Assembly: GCA_038227875.1 (NCBI GenBank)
Contig: JBBRPR010000008.1
Span: forward strand, 64,001 to 128,000
Direction of reading: 5' to 3'
DNA: 64,000 bases
From: Planctomycetota bacterium
Lineage (GTDB): Bacteria > Planctomycetota > SZUA-567 > H5-PLA8
Position numbers and translations under genes: made by a program. The notes under the pieces were generated by a model. It saw only the letters and a list, made by a program, of their open reading frames with translations. It searched no databases and was not told where the DNA came from. Positions 38,372 through 47,914 of the stretch are shown here, piece by piece (within the stretch, counting starts at the first letter, position 1; every line of letters starts with the position of its first letter).

Positions 38372-38388
38372 TTGGCACACCATTTGGT
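38372..38388 (+). promoter_or_regulatory. Putative sigma54-like promoter of amt2 (variant -12 GG)
   Basis: TTGGCACACCATTTGGT. Confidence 0.6.
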
Positions 38389-38398
38389 TCTCTTGGAT

Positions 38399-38529
38399 TC
38401 CGTTCGCACACGTGAACCACTGATGGTGCAACCGTTTGTCGACGAACAGCGGCACCGCTTCCTGACCACCTGAGAAGCATCAGGCTCAGGCGGTTCACGG
38501 AAGTACTCGGCGCAATGAATTCTAACGGA
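38399..38529 (+). ncRNA. Candidate structured 5' leader RNA of amt2
   Basis: Nested stems found by eye. Begins at the predicted +1 of the sigma54-like site. Confidence 0.35.
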
Positions 38530-38575
38530 CTGTTGGGGCGACACGGGACTCTTTCATCACAAGGAGAATGTTCGA

Positions 38576-40384
38576 ATGGGACGCACTGTTCAGGCGGGAA
38601 TAAAATTAACCTTCCGGGAGAAGCTTTCCCGGCTACGCGGACGCATGAACGATCCGCAATGGCGACGCTTCGGCGCGCTGGTTGTCGGTGGGAAGTTGCT
38701 GGGCATCGCGGCCGTCTTTGCGCTGGCCCTCGGTGTTCCTGCATTGTTGAGAGAAGCGCCGAAGGTGGTCTCGGCCGCTCGCGTCAACGCGGAAGAGGCC
38801 AAGCCGGCTGCGCCAGCTACTCCGGCGGCGCCCACAGCCCCGGCGGCCCCGGCTGCGCCCGGGGCGCCTGCCGCTCCGGCGGCGGATGCAGCGGCTCCGG
38901 CCGCGGCCGACCCGTACGCGTCGATCAAGCCTGTCGATCAGATCAACGCCATGAACACCCTCTGGGTGCTCCTCGGCGCGTTCCTGGTGTTCGGCATGCA
39001 AGCGGGATTCACGATGCTGGAAGCCGGCTTCTGCCGCAGCCGTGAAACCGTCAACGTGCTGGTCGAGTGCGTCTTCGACACATGCGTTTGCGGACTGCTG
39101 CACTGGGGTATCGGCTTCGCCTTGATGTTCGGCGAAGGCAATGCGTTCATTGGCTGGCACATGCCCGGCGACCCCAGCAAGAGTCTCATCGGCATGGCTG
39201 GCGTCTCGCTCTTGTCCACCTACGGTGCCAGCGGCATTCCGATCGTCGCCCACTTCCTCTTCCAGTTCGCCTTCGCCGACTGCGCCTCCACGATCTGCTC
39301 CGGCGCCATGGTCGGTCGCACGTTGTTCCTCGGCGACGTCCTGTACTCGATGGGCGTCTCGGGCTTGATCTATCCCATCTTCGGCCACTGGTGCTGGGGT
39401 CCGGACGGCTTCCTGGCCACGATGGGCAGCGAAGGCCACTTCCTCTCCGGCCTGGGTATTAACTTCCACGACTTCGCCGGCTCGACGGTCGTGCACTCGA
39501 TCGGCGGCTGGGTTGCCATCGCCGGCGCCATCTGTCTGGGACCGCGGTTGGGCCGCACCTTTAAGCGTGACGGCGGCGGACCGATGCTGCCTCACGATTT
39601 GACCATCGCTGTAATCGGCGGCCTGATCCTCTGGTTCGGCTGGTACGGCTTCAATCCGTGTTCGACGCTTTCGATCATGGACAACGTCGGCGCGGGCCGC
39701 GTGGCGATGAACACCACGCTGGCCGCCTGCACCGGCGGTCTGGCCGCAGTCTTCGTGATGTACGCCATGGTCCGCAAATGGGACACGGGCGCGATCATCA
39801 ACGGGTTCCTCGCCGGACTGGTCGCAATTACCTGCCCGTGCTACTGGGTCAGCGGCCTGGGCTCGATGCTCATCGGCGTGGTGGCCGGCATCCTGGTGAT
39901 CCTGGCGATGGAAGTGCTCGAACATTTCCGCATCGACGACCCTGTCGGCGCGTGGCCGGTTCACGGCGTCTGCGGGATCTGGGGCACGTTGTCCCTGGGA
40001 CTGTTCGCCAGCGGTGAATATTCGGCCGCCGGCTCAAGCCCCACGGGCGTTCCCAACATCGTCGCAGGTTCGGCCGATGCGCTGACCGGGCTGTTCTACG
40101 GCGGCGGCTCCAAGGTCCTGATGGCCCAGTGCGTCGGCAGCGTGATCGTCTGCTCCGCCACGTTCGTCTCCGCGATGGTGATGTTCAAAGTGCTCGACGC
40201 CGTGAAGCTCCTGCGCCTCTCCAAGGAGGGCGAACTGTTGGGCATGGACCTCGACCAGCACGGGATCTCGGCGTACCCCGAGTACGTGATCTCCGGCTCG
40301 CCTGTGCACAGCAGCTCGGCCCCGAAGGAAGCGGTTTCCGCCACGGCCGTTCCCAGCGGAGTTCCGAAACAAGCACTGAACTAA
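38576..40384 (+). CDS. amtB: Ammonium transporter (amt2) with N-terminal extension
   Basis: DFAGSTVVH, WFGWYGFNPCS and DDPVGAWPVHG motifs. Confidence 0.95.
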   Translation: MGRTVQAGIKLTFREKLSRLRGRMNDPQWRRFGALVVGGKLLGIAAVFALALGVPALLREAPKVVSAARVNAEEAKPAAPATPAAPTAPAAPAAPGAPAAPAADAAAPAAADPYASIKPVDQINAMNTLWVLLGAFLVFGMQAGFTMLEAGFCRSRETVNVLVECVFDTCVCGLLHWGIGFALMFGEGNAFIGWHMPGDPSKSLIGMAGVSLLSTYGASGIPIVAHFLFQFAFADCASTICSGAMVGRTLFLGDVLYSMGVSGLIYPIFGHWCWGPDGFLATMGSEGHFLSGLGINFHDFAGSTVVHSIGGWVAIAGAICLGPRLGRTFKRDGGGPMLPHDLTIAVIGGLILWFGWYGFNPCSTLSIMDNVGAGRVAMNTTLAACTGGLAAVFVMYAMVRKWDTGAIINGFLAGLVAITCPCYWVSGLGSMLIGVVAGILVILAMEVLEHFRIDDPVGAWPVHGVCGIWGTLSLGLFASGEYSAAGSSPTGVPNIVAGSADALTGLFYGGGSKVLMAQCVGSVIVCSATFVSAMVMFKVLDAVKLLRLSKEGELLGMDLDQHGISAYPEYVISGSPVHSSSAPKEAVSATAVPSGVPKQALN

Positions 40385-40412
40385 GTCACGACCGAGGCCC
40401 TGACTTTCCGTC

Positions 40413-40446
40413 GACTGCGCCCCTCTGATGGGGCGCAGTCTATTTT
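40413..40446 (+). terminator. Intrinsic terminator after amt2
   Basis: GACTGCGCCCC-TCTGAT-GGGGCGCAGTC followed by TATTTT. Confidence 0.8.
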
Positions 40447-40606
40447 GTGAGGCTATGATTAAGAATCTTTTCGTGAAACAGAATAGCTTGCGCACTATTT
40501 CCGTCATTCCCGTCTGCGGACCCCATCTTCCTCTAAGAAATTCCCAGTTATGACGTATTAAGAAATGAAAGGCGTCCTCTAGCGCATTTCAACCGGATCT
40601 CCGCTT

Positions 40607-41548
40607 ATGGCTCACGTCGACGAAACCCAACTGACCGCCTTCGCCCTGGGCGAATTAACCGAGCATGCACGTTCGGAAGTGCAGCAGACAGTCGCGTCTC
40701 AGCCGGACGCGCAGCAGGAAGTCATCGAAATCAAAACCGTCGCCGGCGCGCTCAACAGCGCCTTGAAAACCGAACAGACTGGTCCGCTCTCGGCGCGGCG
40801 CATGCTTACCGTCGCCGCGGAAGTGCAGCGCACTTCACAGCGCCGCATGGCGACGCGCTCCCGCTGGATCAATTTCCGGATGGCCGCCATCGCCGGTTCC
40901 GTCGCGGTGATCAGCTGCGCGGTGATGGTCGCGCTGGCCTGGGCCTCGACGCCGCACTACCGTAACGTTACGGCCGCGAACAACCTGCTGCGCCGACTGG
41001 AATCGGCGCTGGCGCAGTACCAATCGGATTTTCACCAGCTTCCGCCCGACACGGGATTTGGCCTGCCCGTGGCCGATGCCGATCGCGGCGCTGGCCGCAC
41101 CTACGACGCCGGTTCGCTCTGGCGATACCTGGGGCAGGAACTGCAGGTGAACGGCAAAAGCTATGGGCCGTATATGCGCTTCCGCCATGCGGAACTCACG
41201 GCGTACGCCGATCCTGTTCATGGCAAAAGCTACTACGTCGCAGATCCGTGGGGCACGGCGATCGGATACATCGGCGACCCGCGTCGCGTGATTCACAACA
41301 CCGGCAGCTTCGATCTGTTCTCCGCCGGACCCGATCGAAAGACGGGACAGGATCTCACGCAGAGCGCCGCCCTGGCCGCCAATGCCATCAACGTCGCGTA
41401 CGATGGCAAGGATAACGATGGAGATGGCGTCATCGACAACGCCGGCGAACTCGGCGGCGCGCGCCTCAACGGCTGCCTGACGATGGCGTGCAACGATTCG
41501 CAGGTATCGAAAGACGAACTGGACGATCTGAACAACTGGGATCGGTGA
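40607..41548 (+). CDS. Anti-sigma-like N-terminus, TM helix and GspG/pseudopilin-like domain
   Basis: LTAFALGEL, TM, LESALAQYQSDFHQLP, DPWG, FDLFSAGPD and DGKDNDGDGVID. Confidence 0.65.
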   Translation: MAHVDETQLTAFALGELTEHARSEVQQTVASQPDAQQEVIEIKTVAGALNSALKTEQTGPLSARRMLTVAAEVQRTSQRRMATRSRWINFRMAAIAGSVAVISCAVMVALAWASTPHYRNVTAANNLLRRLESALAQYQSDFHQLPPDTGFGLPVADADRGAGRTYDAGSLWRYLGQELQVNGKSYGPYMRFRHAELTAYADPVHGKSYYVADPWGTAIGYIGDPRRVIHNTGSFDLFSAGPDRKTGQDLTQSAALAANAINVAYDGKDNDGDGVIDNAGELGGARLNGCLTMACNDSQVSKDELDDLNNWDR

Positions 41549-41569
41549 ACGGCTTAACCAATCAATTCC

Positions 41570-41654
41570 CATTTTCCATTTTCCATTGAACGGCTCGCGC
41601 GTCCGTGTTTTCAATCCGTACGCGTGCGCAATGGAAAATCGAAAATGGAAAATG
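41570..41654. repeat. Inverted CATTTTC heptamer repeats
   Basis: CATTTTCCATTTTCCATTG ... CAATGGAAAATCGAAAATGGAAAATG. Confidence 0.75.
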
Positions 41655-41659
41655 CGCCC

Positions 41660-42067
41660 TTACTTGTAGTTAAACGTCGTGTCGACCTGGATGTCCGGGT
41701 GCAGACTTTTGTGGACGGGGCAGGTGAGCGCGGCGGTTTCGAAGGCGTGGCGTTTGTCGACGGGAATGTTGCCGGTGATCGTGAAGACCACGGTTAGTTT
41801 ACCGATACGCCGGATCGGAGCTGTGACCATCTCTTTTTCGACGTGGTAGGTCGAACCGCGGAGATCAAGGTTGTGGCGCTGGGCGAAGATGCCCATGATC
41901 GTCATCATGCAGGACCCGAGCGCCGCGCCGACGAGATCGGTCGGAGAGAAGGCTTCGCCGCGGCCCTGGTTGTCTTTTGGTGCGTCCGTGGAGACCACAT
42001 TTTTAGACGGTCCATGCGTGGTGGTGCAGCGCAGTTGGCCTTCGTAGACGCCGTTCATCTCGACCAT
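41660..42067 (-). CDS. OsmC/Ohr family protein
   Basis: TDAPKDNQGRGEAFSPTDL, LGSCM and CPVHKSL motifs. AGGAG RBS. Confidence 0.92.
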   Translation of the reverse strand: MVEMNGVYEGQLRCTTTHGPSKNVVSTDAPKDNQGRGEAFSPTDLVGAALGSCMMTIMGIFAQRHNLDLRGSTYHVEKEMVTAPIRRIGKLTVVFTITGNIPVDKRHAFETAALTCPVHKSLHPDIQVDTTFNYK

Positions 42068-42152
42068 GGGCAAATCTCCTCTTCCATCACCATATAATAA
42101 AATGACCTTCTGAGCAATTGCTCAGAAGGTCATCGTCTTGCATTTCCGAACG

Positions 42153-43289
42153 TTACTCTCCGGCAGCGGGTGCGGCAACTGCGGCTTCGGTGGTGGCGCT
42201 GACGCCGGGGACTTTCAGCGCGATCGCGTTGGCCAGTTCTTCCTGCTTGGTCATGACCTTCTCGTGGATTTCCTTGGTGATCGCGGGATTGTCGATCAGG
42301 AACTTGCGCGCGTTTTCGCGGCCCTGACCCAGGCGGTTGCCATTGTAGCCCAGCCACGCGCCGGATTTTTCGATCACGCCGCCGAGGATGCCCATGTCGA
42401 TGATCGAGCCTTCCCAGGAAATGCCGCGGTCGAACATGATTTCGAACTCCGCCTGCTTGAAGGGCGGGGCGACTTTATTTTTGACGACCTTGGCTTTGCA
42501 CGCCGCGCCGATGGGAGTTTCGCCTTCCTTCAAGGTTCCGATGCGGCGGACGTCGATGCGCACCGACGCGTAGAATTTCAATGCGCGGCCGCCGGGCGTG
42601 GTTTCCGGCGAGCCGTACATCACGCCGATTTTTTCGCGGATCTGATTGATGAAAATCACGATCGTCTTGGAGCGCGAAATCGCGCCGGTCAGCTTGCGCA
42701 GTGCCTGGGACATCAAGCGCGCCTGCAGGCCGACGTGCGTGTCGCCCATCTCGCCTTCGATTTCCGCCTTCGGCACCAGCGCGGCCACGGAGTCGATCAC
42801 CACGACGTCAACCGCCGCGGAGCGGACCAGTTGTTCGCAGATTTCCAGGGCCTGTTCGCCGGTGTCCGGCTGGCTGACGAGGAGTTCGTCGAGCTTGACG
42901 CCGAGCTTTTTCATATAAAGGGGGTCGAGCGCGTGTTCAGCGTCGATGTACGCGGCCACGCCGCCTTCGCGTTGCGCGTTGGAGACGATGGTCAGCGCCA
43001 GCGTCGTTTTACCGCTTGATTCCGGTCCGAAAATCTCGACCACGCGTCCCTTCGGAACACCACCGACGCCCAGCGCGATATCCAGCGCGAGCGTGCCGGT
43101 GGAGATGGACGGAATGTGCCGGGACGTATCGTTGTTGAGCTTCTGAATGGAGCCCATGCCGAACTGGCGTTCGATCTGGTCCAGCGCGCGTTTAAGCGCG
43201 TCCTTTTTGCGCTGCTGCTCGATGTCAATTTCGCGATTTTTGACCGGTTTGACGACTTCTTCCTTCGGTTCCTTCGTGCCTCTTGCCAT
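42153..43289 (-). CDS. recA: Recombinase A
   Basis: [27 protein letters not shown] and GGRALKFY motifs. Confidence 0.98.
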   Translation of the reverse strand: MARGTKEPKEEVVKPVKNREIDIEQQRKKDALKRALDQIERQFGMGSIQKLNNDTSRHIPSISTGTLALDIALGVGGVPKGRVVEIFGPESSGKTTLALTIVSNAQREGGVAAYIDAEHALDPLYMKKLGVKLDELLVSQPDTGEQALEICEQLVRSAAVDVVVIDSVAALVPKAEIEGEMGDTHVGLQARLMSQALRKLTGAISRSKTIVIFINQIREKIGVMYGSPETTPGGRALKFYASVRIDVRRIGTLKEGETPIGAACKAKVVKNKVAPPFKQAEFEIMFDRGISWEGSIIDMGILGGVIEKSGAWLGYNGNRLGQGRENARKFLIDNPAITKEIHEKVMTKQEELANAIALKVPGVSATTEAAVAAPAAGE

Positions 43290-43463
43290 TGTTTGCTCCC
43301 TGATATTATTTTGGGTCATCAGGCCGCGCGGATCAACAAAAGTCCGATAAACGCCTGAAGTACAAGCGTCAGACCCTACTCTAATATTATCCTAAGATCA
43401 ATTCGAAAATATTGAAAATGTCGAACGTCGATTGAAAAGTGGTGGGAAATTCATGGGCAAACT

Positions 43464-43673
43464 TTAGAGCTGACGCAGTTCTCCTTTTGCAGAAGCGCCG
43501 GCGCGAAAAGCTTTGCGGAACGGGTTGGGAATGCGGTCGCTGTGTCGCATGCGGTTGGGTGAACGGGGCACGCCGGCCGTGCAATCGGTGCAGAGAATGG
43601 GGTCGTTGCCTTTGGCCAGAAGCTGGTCGGCGCGGATGAACGTTCCACAGCGTTCGCAGTAACTCAGGATCAT
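43464..43673 (-). CDS. Small putative zinc-binding protein (69 aa)
   Basis: CERC...CTDC, basic tail, GAGGAG RBS before ATG 43673. Confidence 0.6.
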   Translation of the reverse strand: MILSYCERCGTFIRADQLLAKGNDPILCTDCTAGVPRSPNRMRHSDRIPNPFRKAFRAGASAKGELRQL

Positions 43674-44156
43674 CGTCGGTCTCCTCAAGGGCGTTCACGT
43701 CAGTCAATGGTGGCGCGCGACAGCGACAAACATTATCGGCAACATGTGAACGGACGATGAACAGTAGACGCTAAATTTCGGCCATGGCTGCTACAATTTC
43801 CGCATAAAATTGTAACCCGGCCAATACGCTGGAGCTAAAACGATAAGTCACATGTGCGGTGAGATTATCGGAAGAACCACAAGAGGACAGAACCATGCAA
43901 TTCGCCTGATTCTGAGCACGGTTAATTGCGATTTGCGCACGACCCAGATAGTTCACTCGCCAATGCAGTAGAGATTTTTCGTTACTACAGCCTGAACTAT
44001 CTTAGTGAAACCGAGCACGTTCGAGTCGGCGGACTTTTAGCGGACACTGCTTTTGTAATCGTTAGTTGCTGGCTGGCAGTAGTCATTCTAGAACGTCTCA
44101 TACGACACCGTTCCAGTCGCGGTTACAAAACCTAATATTTCATTCCTGGAGCCGCG

Positions 44157-45659
44157 ATGATCACATCCCCCACCTTCGACATCGGCAACCCGTCGTTGCA
44201 AACAATCTGGGTCGATCCTGTCAACGGCATTGATACCAACACCGGCGCCGAACGGGCTCACGCGTTGAAGACCATTCCCGAAGCCTGGCGGCGCGTGCCC
44301 GCTCAGCCCGACGGCCACGGCCGGCACATTCGGCTCTGTCCGGGACCGTACACCACGAATGTCGAGAATCAGATTCTGTTGACCGATCGCCAGGGCTCGC
44401 ACGCGTGTCCGATCGTGATCAGTCCCGCCGACCAGCCGCATTCCGTGGAATTGCCGCAGGTCAGCGTGCGCCGCAGCAGCAGTGTGTACTTCATCGACCT
44501 GAAATTTGCCGCGGAGACCAATTCGGTCACGATTCCGAGCGAAGATCTGGTGCTCCACTTCGCCACCTGCCGCAACATGCTCGTCCGCCGCGTCATCGCG
44601 CGCGGCATTGAGACCAACGGCAAGACGCCATTCATCGTTTTCAAAGCGAATCAATGCCACTACGTCTACGTGGAAGACTGCGACTTTTCGTGCGCGGACG
44701 GCAATGCCATTGATTACGTCTCCGTGCAGTACGGGCACATCGTCCGCAATAAACTCCATGACGTGAAGAGCGAAGGTATGTACGTGAAGGGCGGCTCCGC
44801 TTACCACCTGATCGCGCACAACGAAGTTTTTAACTCGCGCAACAACGGCATCCAGGCGGGGCAGGGGACGGGATTTCAGTACATGATTTCGCCCTGGCTG
44901 CATTACGAAGCCTACGACATCAAAGTGGTCAACAACGTCATCCACGACACCGGCGGCGGACTGGCGGTGAATGGCGGCTACAATATTCTGATGGCTTGGA
45001 ACACGTGCTACCGCGTCGGCACGTCGCGCGACACGATCATTGTGGGCCTTGGTGGTCGCGGCTGGAATGGAGCGCGTCCGCCGATCGTCGATAATTTTTT
45101 CAAGCTCGGCGGCTGGTGCCATCCGGACGGCGGCGAGCACTACGACATTCCCAATCGCAACGTGCTGATCTGCAACAACGTCATCTACAATCCCGATGGC
45201 TTCGAGTCCGCTCACGCGCAGATCGGACTCTCCGGCCCCGTTGCAACGCGCACCGAAAGTAACATGCCCAACCCCGCGCGCGCTGACGACGGCCTGCAGA
45301 TCAGCGGCAACGTGATCTGGAACGGCGGCGCCGACAAGCCGCTGCTCGACGACGTCGACAACATGTACCACCTCGCCACAAAACCCACGGCCGATGCGGC
45401 GGAGCTGCGCCGACTCAACGCAATCAACACGCTGCGACCGGAACTCAGCGACCCCGAGCACGGCGACTTCCGCCCTAAGCCGAGCGGAAATCTGCGCGAG
45501 ATCACGCCTGTCGCATTGAAAGACTTCGACTGGACCGACGCGCCAACGCGGCCGGCGGTACCGCCGGGAAATCTGGACAATCAAGTTCCCACCGACCACG
45601 CGGGGAAGCCGCGTGCGTATGGTAAGGGGAATTGTGTGGGGGCGTTTGTGTTGGAGTGA
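44157..45659 (+). CDS. Right-handed parallel beta-helix (pectin-lyase-like) protein
   Basis: WVDP..G.D, repeated N-rich coils (NKLHD, NEVFN, NNVIHD) and GDFRP. Confidence 0.75.
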   Translation: MITSPTFDIGNPSLQTIWVDPVNGIDTNTGAERAHALKTIPEAWRRVPAQPDGHGRHIRLCPGPYTTNVENQILLTDRQGSHACPIVISPADQPHSVELPQVSVRRSSSVYFIDLKFAAETNSVTIPSEDLVLHFATCRNMLVRRVIARGIETNGKTPFIVFKANQCHYVYVEDCDFSCADGNAIDYVSVQYGHIVRNKLHDVKSEGMYVKGGSAYHLIAHNEVFNSRNNGIQAGQGTGFQYMISPWLHYEAYDIKVVNNVIHDTGGGLAVNGGYNILMAWNTCYRVGTSRDTIIVGLGGRGWNGARPPIVDNFFKLGGWCHPDGGEHYDIPNRNVLICNNVIYNPDGFESAHAQIGLSGPVATRTESNMPNPARADDGLQISGNVIWNGGADKPLLDDVDNMYHLATKPTADAAELRRLNAINTLRPELSDPEHGDFRPKPSGNLREITPVALKDFDWTDAPTRPAVPPGNLDNQVPTDHAGKPRAYGKGNCVGAFVLE

Positions 45660-45661
45660 AT

Positions 45662-46111
45662 TCAGCCTTCAACCTTGCCCAGGAAAAACGACGCGAGCAG
45701 CAGTATCAGCACAGCCGTTGTGATCAGCACATACGTCCGGTCGTGTTGATACCGGAATGCAAAGATCGAGATCGCCACGCGCAGCACCGGCGTCGCAATC
45801 AAAAACGCCAGGCCCAGCATCACGACTGCCCGTCCTTGAAATTCCGTGAGGCCCGCGAACACCTCTTTTAGCGAATGCGGAAACGCTGCGCCAGGTTCCG
45901 TCAGCTTCGCGAGTTGGTCGGCGGAATTCCGGTACTCCGGATGGTGGACGAACGTCAAAATCATGCCGAGCATCACCACGCACAGGCTGACGATCACGCC
46001 CGTTCGCAGCAGATTGCTGATCAGGATTTCGACCTTGTGCACGCGCGCGATTCGGAGTTCGTGTTCAGGATCGTGGTTCGCAGCGGGAAGAGTGACAGGA
46101 TCGTTGGCCAT
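45662..46111 (-). CDS. DUF1634 family membrane protein
   Basis: ISNLLRTGV and LIATPVLRV motifs. Translationally coupled to the TauE gene. Confidence 0.85.
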   Translation of the reverse strand: MANDPVTLPAANHDPEHELRIARVHKVEILISNLLRTGVIVSLCVVMLGMILTFVHHPEYRNSADQLAKLTEPGAAFPHSLKEVFAGLTEFQGRAVVMLGLAFLIATPVLRVAISIFAFRYQHDRTYVLITTAVLILLLASFFLGKVEG

Positions 46112-46950
46112 TATCCGCGCACTCCTTTCCACAGCATCTCGCCAGAAATCCACAATAGTACGACTACAAAAAGGGAACGGATCCACACGCTATGGATTTT
46201 TCCAAGTAGTTTTGAACCGACCGTTGCGCCGATCAGCACGCCGGTCATCACTGGCGCGACAATGAAGGGATCAATGTTGCCGCGCGCAAAATAGACGCCC
46301 GCGCTGGCCGCGGCGGTAACGCCGATCATAAAGTTGCTTGTCGCTGTCGACACTTTTATCGGCAGGTGCATGCATAGATCCATCGCCGGTACCTTCAGCG
46401 CGCCTGATCCGATGCCGAGCAGACCGCTCACCACACCGGCGATGTACATCAAGACAAAACCCAGGTGAGTGCCGGTGACGCGGTAGGCCACTTCTTCACC
46501 TGTGGCTTCATCGTGAAACGAGTCGTGAAGGCGGAGTCTGTCGGCGAGCGCATCGGGTGCAACATTCACGCCTGCGACCGACATCCGCCGTCGATACATG
46601 GTCAGTGCCGAGTAGGCGAGCACGGAGCCGAAGATCAGATAGAGCCAGCGGACTGAGACGACGCCCGCCAGAAACGCTCCAGTCAGCGCGCCGGTCGTCG
46701 TCGCCAACTCCAGGAACATCGCAACGCGCATGTTGGTCATGCGCTCGCGCACGTATGCTGCCGCCGCACCGCTGGATGTCGCGATCACGGAAACAATCGA
46801 TGCGCCGACGGCATAGCGGATATCGATTTTCATCCAAAGCGTCAGAAACGGCACGATGATGATGCCACCGCCCAGGCCCAACAGCGAACCCAACACGCCG
46901 GCGATCAGCGAGACGCAAAAGGTGATGAGCGTAAAATTCAGAGGTGTCAT
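46111..46950 (-). CDS. Sulfite exporter TauE/SafE family protein
   Basis: GLGGGIIIVP, SGLLGIGSG and STATSNFMIGVT motifs. Confidence 0.92.
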   Translation of the reverse strand: MTPLNFTLITFCVSLIAGVLGSLLGLGGGIIIVPFLTLWMKIDIRYAVGASIVSVIATSSGAAAAYVRERMTNMRVAMFLELATTTGALTGAFLAGVVSVRWLYLIFGSVLAYSALTMYRRRMSVAGVNVAPDALADRLRLHDSFHDEATGEEVAYRVTGTHLGFVLMYIAGVVSGLLGIGSGALKVPAMDLCMHLPIKVSTATSNFMIGVTAAASAGVYFARGNIDPFIVAPVMTGVLIGATVGSKLLGKIHSVWIRSLFVVVLLWISGEMLWKGVRG

Positions 46951-46966
46951 GATGCTGTGACGCGAG

Positions 46967-47485
46967 CTAGTAAAGACTCAGCGCCGCAATGCTCCTTCCT
47001 TCGTCCAGGTTAACTATGTGCAAGTATTGAGCGAGAACCGCGACCGAAAGCAGGCGCTCCCTGTTTTGTAGTAATGGACCCGCAAGCACGGCTGTGTGCT
47101 GCGCGAGCAAATAGCCTGCGTGCAAAATCAGCGCCGTGCCCGCGGCATTGTAAAATTTCAACAGTTGTGGCCAGCATCCAGTACGCACGCAGTATTGGCT
47201 GCCGGAATTCAAAATCAGCCGTCCGGGATTCGCCGGGTAAAAGTGCAGCACCGGCTCGCCCCGCTGGGTAATGGCGGAAACGATTCCCTGTCGCGAACGG
47301 CTGAAGATCCACCTCCCAAATTCAGAGGTCGCATCGGCGGTGACACCATGTCGCTCGGTCGTGATACGGATGTCGATCAGTTTTTCCGAATCGTCGCGCA
47401 AGTCGAAGGCGTGGCGGAACCAGTGTGCTGATGTCCATTGAAGCGTACGAACGCATTCCCATTTCCATTCCCGCGGCGAAGCCAT
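46967..47485 (-). CDS. Hypothetical protein
   Basis: Open frame co-oriented with neighbours. No recognised motif. Confidence 0.45.
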   Translation of the reverse strand: MASPREWKWECVRTLQWTSAHWFRHAFDLRDDSEKLIDIRITTERHGVTADATSEFGRWIFSRSRQGIVSAITQRGEPVLHFYPANPGRLILNSGSQYCVRTGCWPQLLKFYNAAGTALILHAGYLLAQHTAVLAGPLLQNRERLLSVAVLAQYLHIVNLDEGRSIAALSLY

Positions 47486-47578
47486 GAGCGTCCACCTCCA
47501 GCGGTAAACGATGATGCGAGTCCGCGCCGAGCGCGCGCACTCCATATGGAATGTGATGTTTGGCAGAGTTGAAGTGAA

Positions 47579-47902
47579 TTACGCCAATGGCGGATCGCGC
47601 CCACGCAACGGGTGGTGCGCGGTGAAGAGGACAGTCCAGCGCTGAGAACTGGCCGGCGCCGCCTCCATCGATGCAGACCATTGATAGGAGAATGCACGAA
47701 TTGTAGCCGAGTAATCTGTACGGTTTTCAAACCGTCCGGTCTGTTTGTCCGACGACGATTCCGTCCGCGCAATAGACTTGGAAGTTTCCTCGATCGCGCG
47801 GAATTTCCGGACGTGATGCGGCGTCACCGTTGCCAGTTCGGACTTCTGCAGCGGAGTCGAGAGCACCAGCAGACTGAAAACGATCCAGAAACGACGCGTC
47901 AT
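47579..47902 (-). CDS. Hypothetical protein or gene remnant with signal-like N-terminus
   Basis: AAGGA RBS right after the trpB stop and a hydrophobic N-terminus. Confidence 0.35.
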   Translation of the reverse strand: MTRRFWIVFSLLVLSTPLQKSELATVTPHHVRKFRAIEETSKSIARTESSSDKQTGRFENRTDYSATIRAFSYQWSASMEAAPASSQRWTVLFTAHHPLRGRDPPLA

Positions 47903-47914
47903 GATTTTCCTTGT

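Noticed and set aside
44088..45599. 503-aa minus-strand ORF (likewise 47612-49282, 9062-10318, 38633-39964)
   Set aside because: Overlap well-supported genes on the opposite strand and carry no motifs.
47600..47700. Possible fluoride riboswitch upstream of the TauE region
   Set aside because: Only a GATGG fragment matches. The pseudoknot and terminal motif were not found.
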